Positions 1 through 8,157 of a stretch of 64,000 nt of DNA are shown here, in pieces; positions within the stretch are counted from its first letter, which is position 1; each line of letters begins with the position of its first letter. Source of the stretch: Eledone cirrhosa (lineage: Eukaryota); contig OZ024758.1 in assembly GCA_964016885.1 (NCBI GenBank), positions 31,372,001-31,436,000 on the forward strand, given 5' to 3'. A program made the translations under genes and the position numbers. The notes beneath the pieces were generated by a model that was not told the DNA's origin, made no database searches, and saw only the letters and a program-made list of their open reading frames with translations.

Positions 1-54
1 ATAGATATAAATATATATATATATATATATAAATATATATAGATATAAATATAT

Positions 55-137
<83 letters not shown>

Positions 138-149
138 TATATATATATA

Positions 150-191
<42 letters not shown>

Positions 192-242
192 AAGATATAT
201 ATAAAGATATATATATATATATATATATAAAGATATATATAA

Positions 243-276
<34 letters not shown>

Positions 277-566
277 AAATATATATATATAAAGATATAT
301 ATATATATAAAGATATATATATATATATATAAAGAAATATATATATATAAAGATATATATATATATATATATAAAGATATATATATATATATATAAAGAT
401 ATATATATATATAAAGATAAACAATTAAGTTAAAGTATTTGTTTTTATATATATAAAGATATATATATATATATAAAGATATATATATATAAAGATATAT
501 ATATATAAAGATATATATATATAAAGATATATATATATATATATATATAAATATATATATAAATAA

Positions 567-625
<59 letters not shown>

Positions 626-661
626 GATATATATGTATATATAAAGATATATATAAAGATA

Positions 662-715
<54 letters not shown>

Positions 716-950
716 CATGTACATATATATATACATATATATATACATATACATATATATATACATGTATATATATACATATATATATATATATACATGT
801 GTGTGTTTGTATATATATATATATATATATATATACATGTGTGTGTTTGTATATATATATATATATACGTGTGCGTATATATATATATATATACGTGTGT
901 GTATATATATATATATATATATACGTGTGTGTATATATATATATATATAT

Positions 951-1004
<54 letters not shown>
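1..1004. repeat. Compound microsatellite: (TA)n interrupted by AAAG/AAAT/CA units, ending in a (GT)n run
   Basis: Directly visible. Recurrent ATATAAAGATATAT units at ~190-660, a short unique spacer at ~418-446, and pure (GT)n at ~953-1004. Confidence 0.97.
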
Positions 1005-1006
<2 letters not shown>

Positions 1007-1337
1007 ATATAAAAATCTAGAGAAACCTAGTAAATGAAGCTTAAGACAATCCAAATAAAATAAACAAAAGAAAATAAATGTATTTTTTCTAATTAGCCGC
1101 GCAATTACTTAGCCTTGCTTACACATGACAAAATGATAGATTTAGGTTTCATTCCTGACAGTAGATCGATATATAATCAATACTCTAATTAATATATTCC
1201 TTTCACTTATCTCAATTACTCATATAAACAAATTCTTTCATAACCCTGCTGTACATATTAACTGGTAATTAATCATAGTTTGGACAAATATATTTACCCC
1301 AGTCACACAGAACTAAACAATCATATACACACAATTA

Positions 1338-1374
1338 CATATATATATATATATATATAAATATATATATATAT
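1338..1374. repeat. (TA)n microsatellite flanking the 3' end of the Penelope-like element
   Basis: Directly visible. Confidence 0.9.
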
Positions 1375-1588
1375 TTCGTTTCTGAATTTGTTTAACAAGA
1401 TTCTTTATCTGAAATCGTGTGTTGAAACCGATATTGTTATACTTTGGGAGGGTCATGTTGCCAATAAGAAACACACGCACCACATGCTTTCACTTCAATT
1501 TATTATATATTTATAAATTTATAAATTTATAAATTTATAGATTTCTGGTTGGTTGGTTGTTTCCACAACCAGATAGTTGTTTATATAT

Positions 1589-1633
1589 AGTCATAGTTCT
1601 TTCGTCACACACTCTGTGACCTCTTTAGTGACT
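1589..1633 (-). ncRNA. Degenerate type I minimal hammerhead ribozyme motif in the PLE 3' region
   Basis: Minus strand reads AGTCA-CTAAAGA-G-GTCACA-GAGTG-TGTGAC-GAAA-G-AA-C-TA-TGACT. Stem I is AGTCA/TGACT, stem II is GTCACA/TGTGAC, stem III is minimal, and the NUH triplet is CUA. The core is CUAAAGA instead of CUGANGA, with one unpaired G before stem II. Confidence 0.65.
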
Positions 1634-1833
1634 GGGGATTCCTTTCTTTGTTTCTGTGCCTCTCCTTTGTTCTGTCCTACGCCATTTTGTTTCTGTGTGT
1701 GTGTTGTGTGCTCAGTCTGCGCATGCGCCACATCCGGGTGTCTGTGTGTGTTTATGTTCATTTATTTATTTGTTTATTTACATGTTACTGGTTGGTTTTT
1801 TGTTCTATGTGTGTGTGAGTTTTCATTTTGTCC

Positions 1834-2277
1834 TTAATTGTAAGTTGTGATGTTGCTGTTCCACTCATATTTTCTATTTAATTTTGGTTGTAATTCTTTT
1901 ATGTTTATTGCCTCTGTAATTTGTCTAAACATTGCGTCTTTTCTGTGTGTAGATTCTATTTTTATTTCTATGTTCTCTAATTTACCCTTGTGTTCTATCT
2001 TAGCATGTTGGTAGAGTACAGATGATTCTTTATTATCTTGAAGGTCTCGCCAGTGTTCATTTATCCGTTCCCCTACACTACGAGCTGTCTCACCTATGTA
2101 CACTATATTTTTGTCTCTACATTGTCCTTCAGTACATCTTATGCTATACACTACATTTCTAGTTTTACAGTTAATATGGGGGCTTATTTTACAGGTTATA
2201 CATTTCTTATCTATACATGAGGGTCTTTGAAAAGGGTATGTCTTGCTAATAAGTACCAGATACCTCCGTAAAAACAC
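1834..2277 (-). pseudogene. C-terminal GIY-YIG endonuclease domain of a Penelope-like element ORF; the RT portion is missing
   Basis: The translation shows Cys residues (CIDKKCITC), NCKTRNVVYSIRC...YIGETARSVGERINEH (GIY/YIG, catalytic Arg, His), SVLYQH, RQITEAINI (catalytic Glu) and PKLNR, the usual PLE endonuclease pattern. The frame is open, but its GTG start lies at the inversion junction. Confidence 0.88.
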
Positions 2278-2403
2278 TTATTAGCAAGACATACCCTTTT
2301 CAAAGACCCTCATGTATAGATAAGAAATGTATAACCTGTAAAATAAGCCCCCATATTAACTGTAAAACTAGAAATGTAGTGTATAGCATAAGATGTACTG
2401 AAG
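2127..2403. repeat. Inverted repeat, 128-bp arms (2127-2254 and 2276-2403) with a 21-bp spacer
   Basis: The arms are reverse complements as read by eye (CTTCAGTACATCT...TAATAAGT and ACTTATTA...AGATGTACTGAAG). Confidence 0.95.
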
Positions 2404-2457
2404 TGAAAGCAACTGGTGCGTGTGTTTCTTATTGGCAACATGACCCTCCCAAAGTAT

Positions 2458-2461
<4 letters not shown>

Positions 2462-2518
<57 letters not shown>
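2462..2518. repeat. (TA)n microsatellite
   Basis: Directly visible. Confidence 0.95.
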
Positions 2519-2519
<1 letters not shown>

Positions 2520-3125
2520 TAGCAGTGGTACCCGATGTTGCACTGGATAAGGTATTTTGGAACGCGGGCCGCCAACAGACCTAATCGTGGAAAAATTGTA
2601 TGCCTGTACAATATGTAAAGAAAATAAAGCGAATACTCTGATGGCTGGATAATCTTTAAGATTTTCCACGATGAAGCAGGAAAATGCAGGTTTTCACCCA
2701 ATGAAAATTAATTTTTTTTATGTGCATAAAATTAATTTTTTTTATGTGGATAAAATGCCTTGAAATTTCGGGAAAATGGGCTAGACCTAACGACTCAAAA
2801 AATCCCTAAAAAGCTGAAAAAATGAAGTTTTTCACCTAATGCGGGTCCTAGGCCATAAAAAGTTGGATTTTCTTTGCTCACGGTATGAAGAAGAGACTGA
2901 CTAATACATAGTTACAATTTCAAGGAAATCGCTCTGACGTAACGGCTCAAAACCCCTAAAAAGCTGAAAAAACGCAATTTTTCACCTAATGCGGGCTCTA
3001 CGGGATCAAAAAGTAATACACATGTAAAGTTTGAAAAAAATCGGTTGGGTACTTCTCGAGTTTTAGGGATTCAAACTCACACACACACACACACACACAG
3101 ACATCCTCAGTTTTATATATATAGA
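2519..3125 (-). mobile_element. Non-autonomous Helitron, apparently full length, with a 5'-proximal (GT)n microsatellite
   Basis: The minus strand starts A|TCTATATATATAAAACTGAGGATGTCTGTGTG and ends ...GTGCAACATCGGGTACCACTGCTAG|T. This gives 5' TC, 3' CTAG, an A/T target, no TSD and a degenerate GC-rich subterminal hairpin. Internal ~62-bp direct repeats lie at ~2788-2851 and ~2940-3001. A second copy is at 7412-7629. Confidence 0.8.
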
Positions 3126-3140
3126 TATATATATAGAAAT

Positions 3141-3147
<7 letters not shown>

Positions 3148-3207
<60 letters not shown>

Positions 3208-3409
3208 TTCTTGTATAGGCACAAGGCCAGTAATTTTGGGGAGGGAAAATTTGACCCCAGTACGTTACTGGTACTTAATTTTATCGACCCCTTAGGGATT
3301 AAAGGCAAAGTTAACCTCGACGGGGTTTGAACTCAGACCGCAAAGGGCCGTAACTCTATGCTGCAAAACATGGTGTTTGATGCTCTACCAATACTGCCAA
3401 TCTACCGCC
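3148..3409 (-). mobile_element. tRNA-derived SINE with an (ATT)n tail, resembling octopus SINE families
   Basis: The minus strand starts GGCGG, with A-box-like TGGCAGTATTGG (3399-3388), B-box GAGTTCAAACCC (3334-3323), central GCCTTTAATCCCTAAGGGGTCGATAAAATTAAGTACCAG and a 20-unit (ATT)n tail at 3207-3148. The family resemblance is from recall. Confidence 0.82.
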
Positions 3410-3474
3410 TTTGAGTAATACTTCATTACTATATAGACAATAAAGCAATGATGCCTGAGCTGTGAAATCTTTCA

Positions 3475-3477
<3 letters not shown>

Positions 3478-3528
<51 letters not shown>
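3478..3528. repeat. (TA)n microsatellite
   Basis: Directly visible. Confidence 0.95.
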
Positions 3529-3529
<1 letters not shown>

Positions 3530-3605
3530 CGAAGGAAATGTGGTAAGGAACTAGGTGGACCATAACGCATCAAAGTACTCAATACTTAGGGTAGTAGAGT
3601 TGGTA

Positions 3606-3731
3606 ATAGGAACGAGTAGGACCCCGACGGCTGAGCTCAAGCCGTTTCGACGGCTAATTCTGGACTCATTAGTCCAGAATTAGCCGTCGAAACGGCTTGA
3701 GCTCAGCCGTCGGGGTCCTACTCGTTCCTAT
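3606..3731. repeat. Perfect GC-rich inverted repeat, 61-bp arms (3606-3666 and 3671-3731) with a CATT loop, within a ~200-bp insert in (TA)n
   Basis: The arms ATAGGAACGAG...CTGGACT and AGTCCAG...CTCGTTCCTAT are exact reverse complements. Confidence 0.95.
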
Positions 3732-4440
3732 ATATATATATATAAATATATATATATGGTGGATGGGGGTTGTATAGTGTGTGTTTGTTTCTTTGTGTGT
3801 GTGTGTTGTGTGTGTGTATGAATATTTCGAGAATATTTATTTGTGCAGCAAGAGTTCCAATGATATAGAATAAATTTAAACATTTGGAAATTTATATGAT
3901 GTATTGATGTACTTCGATGATTTGAAATTTGAAATCTGAGAATCCAAACAGAGAAAATAACAATAACAGCAGTCGGGACGGAAGAATTGGCCAGCAGCTA
4001 GAATTCGAGAGATACGGAGTTTTATTCTGTGTAGCGGCTGCAGGCGATTTGATTTTTCCTTCCTAAGGGTATTTTCACAGATTTCTAAAACTATTATTAT
4101 TTATAGCGATCCAGTGTTGTTACAATTTTTTCTCGGTTTAGATTCCTGCATTTCAAATGTTCTAAATTGTTTGAAATACACAACAGTTCTGAATATTTAC
4201 ACAATGAAAACGAAATACATGAACTATGCAATAGAGAAGAAGTATAAGAAGGAAAATATGACACAATCACAACCGATATGTAATTATCAGATATTGCTGG
4301 CTGGAAGGGAACGGGAGAATTAGAAATATGGAAAACTAACGAAATTCTATCAAATTAGAAAGAAATAGAATAACGATGAAACTAGATATAAACCAGGAAT
4401 AAAAATATCTGTTCTCAATGATCAATATCAGACATTGAAA

Positions 4441-4462
4441 AAACTAAAATAAAACGTGTATA

Positions 4463-4510
<48 letters not shown>

Positions 4511-4532
4511 TATACACGTTTTATTTTAGTTT
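4441..4532. repeat. Palindrome with 26-bp unique arms (4441-4466 and 4507-4532) around GTGT(AT)n
   Basis: AAACTAAAATAAAACGTGTATAGTGT and ACACTATACACGTTTTATTTTAGTTT are exact reverse complements. Confidence 0.9.
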
Positions 4533-4566
4533 GGCTTCTTGCTACAATACTTTCTATACCTTTCAT

Positions 4567-4567
4567 T

Positions 4568-4603
<36 letters not shown>

Positions 4604-4696
4604 TGTGTGTGTGTATGTGTGTGTGTGTGTGTATGTGCGTGTGTGTGTGTGTGCGTGTGTGTGTGTGAGTATGTGTGCGTGTGTGTGCGTGTGTGT

Positions 4697-4732
<36 letters not shown>

Positions 4733-4756
4733 GTGTGCGTGTGTGTGTGTGTGTGC

Positions 4757-4787
<31 letters not shown>

Positions 4788-4866
4788 CACACTCACACAT
4801 ACACACTCACAGATACACACACATGTATGTATATATATATATATATATAAACACACATATATATAT
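4567..4866. repeat. Compound (GT)n/(TA)n/(CA)n microsatellite
   Basis: Directly visible. Confidence 0.95.
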
Positions 4867-5199
4867 GATGGCTGAAAACTCTGTTAAGAGTACTGCAATC
4901 GCTTGTCAGATTATAGAGTTTGGTTCACTTTTAGGCTACGGCCAGCCACACGAACCTGTAACATATCCTGAACAAGCAATGCCTATGATTTGAAGGTTTT
5001 TTAAGTGGGGAAAGTCCTTGCACTCGACCAATCCCACTCTCTGAGCATCGAAAACACTACCCGAAAAGGAGAACTGGTCAACATCATCGGATGCTTCCGA
5101 AGCCGCAGGCTTTTTTTTTTTCAGAGTATCCCTATGGAGTAATGGTGTTTTCTTCTTACCTCCCCTCATGCATTAACTCCCCTTAGCCACACACACACT

Positions 5200-6030
5200 T
5201 CAGGGTAGTATTTCGATGTCGATTCTCGCAACGTAACATCCTCTTGTATTGAGCCAAAGAACACCAGAATACGATTCTCTAACTGGATTGTCAAACGCCC
5301 AATATCGAATCGTCGTGGATTATGTGAGGGGCATATAATCTGAAAAATACGCTCCCCAGACTATGAAAATGTCGCAGTGCATGAAATCCATATCATCGCT
5401 TCGCTACGCATTTCCAATATTTTTAATGCTTACACTATTTTTAATACTAATATTATGTCTCCACACACAGACTATAACAATCATATAAAGAATTCATCAC
5501 CAGACCAACAACCTTAACGCTCTCGATTACCTACTCTCTGCCACACTATATAAACAAGACGCACGTGCTTTCCACACATATAACCTTTGAACTATATAAC
5601 CGCTTAATTTCATGTTGTATTTTAACCTGTATTTTTTATTGTATCTTTTAATATGAATGTAATCTCTAAGTGTGTACTGCCACTCTAAATGTTATAATGA
5701 ATGTTGACCCACAATATTTGCATATGTATCTGTATGTCTCTTGGGTGAAAAGGAGGTCATATAAGTGTTCATTCAATAATAAATTGCTCCGAAGAATCCA
5801 AACCTCGGTTTGGAGGAAACAGTTGTAAGCATAAAAATGTTTTGAACAGTTCTTTGATTCTTATAATTCATATAACTGCTCTGTAAATCACCTGATGTTT
5901 TTACATTGAGCTATTTAACTTACTGGTAATAAGGTAGTAATACATTACTGCCTACCACTATTTAGGGTTTATAAAAATATATATAACTGCAAAAGGTTTT
6001 TGTATTTGCATAACCATAAATAGTATAATT
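5200..6030 (+). mobile_element. Heavily decayed second Penelope-like element (GIY-YIG remnant plus 3' region with hammerhead motif); boundaries approximate
   Basis: Frameshifted fragments such as LDCQTPNI, GLCEGHII, KIRSPDY, KEFITR and NLN echo the order of PLE endonuclease motifs. A hammerhead fold at 5785-5831 lies downstream on the same strand. The protein similarity is weak and judged by eye. Confidence 0.45.
5785..5831 (+). ncRNA. Type I hammerhead ribozyme-like motif with a variant core
   Basis: TGCT-CCGAAGA-A-TCCAAACC-TC-GGTTTGGA-G-GAAA-C-AGTT-G-TA-AGCA. Stem I is TGCT/AGCA, stem II has 8 bp, stem III is AC/GT with an AGTT loop, and the cleavage triplet is GUA. The core is CCGAAGA versus CUGANGA, with an A.G mismatch at the base of stem II. 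Confidence 0.7.
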
Positions 6031-6035
6031 AATAC

Positions 6036-6036
<1 letters not shown>

Positions 6037-6066
<30 letters not shown>

Positions 6067-6071
6067 ATATG

Positions 6072-6109
<38 letters not shown>
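6037..6109. repeat. (TA)n/(GT)n microsatellite
   Basis: Directly visible. Confidence 0.92.
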
Positions 6110-6160
6110 AAAAAGAAGAGAAAATGTCGCTCTACATGGCTGAATACAATAAATGTAATC

Positions 6161-6265
6161 TGAGTTTTTCGAATATTAATAATAACATTCGATTCGTTTG
6201 CAATTGAGGCTTGTTTGCATAATTGCAAACGAATCGAATGTTATTATTAATATTCGAAAAACTCA
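6161..6265. repeat. Perfect inverted repeat, 45-bp arms (6161-6205 and 6221-6265) with a 15-bp spacer
   Basis: TGAGTTTTTCGAATATT...TTTGCAATT and AATTGCAAA...AATATTCGAAAAACTCA are exact reverse complements. Confidence 0.95.
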
Positions 6266-6320
6266 TATACACATATATATATAATAAATCTAATCTATGT
6301 ATATATATATACATACACAT

Positions 6321-6747
6321 CAGTGGCGAAGGGTAAACTGGAAAGCAGAGCATGCAGTCCAATCGCCATGGCGGAAAGTGGGGCTCTGCAGCCTTACCCA
6401 CCCACCCCCAAATAATTCCCTCTAAATGACCCTCTCGGTCAAAGCCCCATGTAGTGTTATCTAGTGTGTGTGTGTGTGTGTACGTGTTACCTTTTTGTGT
6501 CTATGATTTAGTAAGCAGTCAAAATTCTGCTTGCCCCAAAGCTGTCGTGTGTTTGGGTGTATGTGTTTGTGTGTATGTGTTTGGGTGTATGTGTTTGTGT
6601 GTATGTGTGTGTGTGTTATATTTGTTTGTATCTATACGATTTAGTAAGCAGCCAAAATTCTGCTTGCTTTAACCGACGCAATTGATCAACTCAAGATTCT
6701 ATAATGCATGCACTGCATGCGTTGCATGCACGGACCCATCGCCTCTG
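6321..6747. mobile_element. Probable hAT-type MITE (old copy)
   Basis: TIRs CAGTGGCGAAGGGT and the reverse complement CAGAGGCGATGGGT match at 12/14. The flanks ATACACAT and AGACATAT match at 6/8 and may be an 8-bp TSD. Subterminal GCATGCAG motifs occur at both ends, and an internal 30-bp direct repeat lies at ~6505-6534 and ~6638-6667. Confidence 0.55.
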
Positions 6748-7238
6748 AGACATATATATATATATATATATACAAAAAGAAAACACCATATGTATTAAAA
6801 TAAACGAGAGTAGAAACGGCATAGCATTATGTAACGCTATGTTTCAATGAATAGAAACAATGTTTAGTTATGAGCAGATTGCAGCTAAATAGTTTGAATG
6901 GATAAAAGAACTGTAGGATGATGAGACTGGACCAGCTGTGTCCAATATCGAAACTACTGGAAACAAAAGGTATTAATGAGGAGAATGGAATTGAAGCAGA
7001 TGAAATACCAGCGGAAGCATTAAATGCAATAAATGATAGAATGTAATGTATAAAACAATGCAATGTTTAGATCTGAATAATGAGTCACACAACTCAGTTT
7101 CTTATACAAACCATTCGACATAAAATTAAATGAAGAATAATTGAAGAAATAACTAAATTGAGAAATAATCAGAGGGAAAAGAAATGGGAACTAATGAATT
7201 AATATAGAACCTACGAACCGCGTGTGAAAGAGCTAGAG

Positions 7239-7740
7239 CAGGGGTTCTCAAACTTTCGCAACCCTTCTCATGGCCACGTAATACCCTCAACACTCCAACA
7301 CCCCCCGCCCCACACCCCTATTTACAGAGAGACCTGCCTATACGTAAATTGTAAATAGTATATAATAAATAAAACCGTTAATTTATATAATATATACTAT
7401 GTATAAATATATTATGCACATAAAAAAAATTAATTTTCTTGATCCCCTAGGGCCCGCATTAGGTGAAAACCTGCATTTTTCCTGCTTCATCGAGGAAAAT
7501 CTTAAAGATTATCCAGCCATCAGAGTATTCGGTTTATTTTCTTTACATGTAATTTTTCCACGATTAGGTCTGCTGGCGGCCCGCGTTCCAAAAAACCTCA
7601 TCCCATGCAACGCCGGGTACCACTGCTAGTATATAATATATATCATTAGATATTTAATATACAATTATATCATCTCTAGCGCCCCCTTAGGCCCTTCTCA
7701 ACGCTCCCGGGGGCGGTAGCGCCCACTTTGAGAACCTATG
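7239..7740. mobile_element. hAT-superfamily MITE (Charlie/Buster-like) carrying a nested Helitron fragment
   Basis: TIRs CAGGGGTTCTCAAA ... TTTGAGAACCTATG. The 8-bp TSD AGCTAGAG (7231-7238) and TGCTAGAG (7741-7748) matches at 7/8 and has a central TA. Confidence 0.82.
7412..7629 (+). mobile_element. 3' fragment of the same non-autonomous Helitron family as 2519-3125, in the opposite orientation
   Basis: Aligns by eye to the reverse complement of ~2519-2730 and ends CCCATGCAACGCCGGGTACCACTGCTAG|T. Confidence 0.85.
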
Positions 7741-8157
7741 TGCTAGAGTCATATCAACTCAGTATTGTGATAAAGAATTCTAAATTATTTCTTTTACAGC
7801 CACAAACAGCTGTGCTACCCCAAACCCGATGTCTTTTCTCTGTTTAAGAAAAGATATTCAGAATGTTGAGAGTATGGTTTACCCGGGAATTTTTCTACGG
7901 CTACAGTTTTTGTTTATTCTAGTATTGTGTACTTGTGTGTATGATTATGTTTTATCCAAATGCATGTGGGATGTTCAGACATGCGCACGTGTGCATCTCT
8001 CTCTCTATATATGTATATGCGTGTGTCTGTGCATACATATAATATTGGGTATGAATCGAGTTGTTTGAGCCAATCACAAAGAACTCAATGGATCGATAAG
8101 CTAAATATTATAGTCCAGAACACAACAGTTAAAGCGAGTGACACCAAGAGAAACGAC

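Larger units (their letters stand above)
1375..2465 (-). mobile_element. 5'-truncated Penelope-like retroelement with inverted 5' segments, lying between two (TA)n tracts
   Basis: GIY-YIG ORF at 1834-2277 on the minus strand, hammerhead-like motif at 1589-1633 downstream of it, inverted copies 2276-2403 (of 2127-2254) and 2399-2465 (of 1431-1497), and (TA)n on both sides. Inverted or truncated terminal repeats and hammerheads are established PLE traits. Confidence 0.85.
6854..7885 (+). pseudogene. Decayed non-LTR retrotransposon ORF fragment (RTE-like, pre-RT/RT N-terminal region), split by a MITE
   Basis: The stop- and frameshift-ridden translation gives EQIAAK*FEWIKEL*DD, ADEIPAEALNAI...CN, IMSHTTQFL, NLRTACERA (7208-7234), and after the MITE DKEF and KDIQNVESMVY. 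These match the order of RTE LINE motifs (RW.EY..EL, G.D.IPAE, SLMSH..K, NLR...ER, KAFD). Confidence 0.65.

Noticed and set aside
425-1054. ORFs rich in YI/HT/CV dipeptides
   Set aside because: They are translations of (TA)n, (CA)n and (GT)n microsatellites, which lack stop codons by construction.
2310-2701. ORFs 2310-2669 and 2519-2701 sharing peptides with ORF 7399-7629
   Set aside because: The similarity reflects two copies of a non-coding Helitron and the PLE inversion, not a gene family.
2998-3308. Poly-Ile and poly-Leu ORFs resembling signal or transmembrane segments
   Set aside because: They are the (ATT)n tail of the SINE.
3323-3409. tRNA gene suggested by A and B boxes
   Set aside because: The box spacing is long, there is no cloverleaf, and it continues into a SINE body and tail.
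3820-4440. Non-repetitive stretch including ORF 4114-4323
   Set aside because: No recognisable domain or convincing exon structure; left unassigned.
4456-4993. Cluster of overlapping CV/HT-repeat ORFs
   Set aside because: Microsatellite artefacts with no domain signal.
4867-5180. GC-richer segment with ORF 4936-5169
   Set aside because: No recognisable motif. It may be TE-derived, but this cannot be supported without a search.
5932-5953. Small hairpin AGGTAGTAAT-AC-ATTACTGCCT resembling a terminator
   Set aside because: Short, no U-tract, eukaryotic context; could be chance or part of the PLE 3' region.
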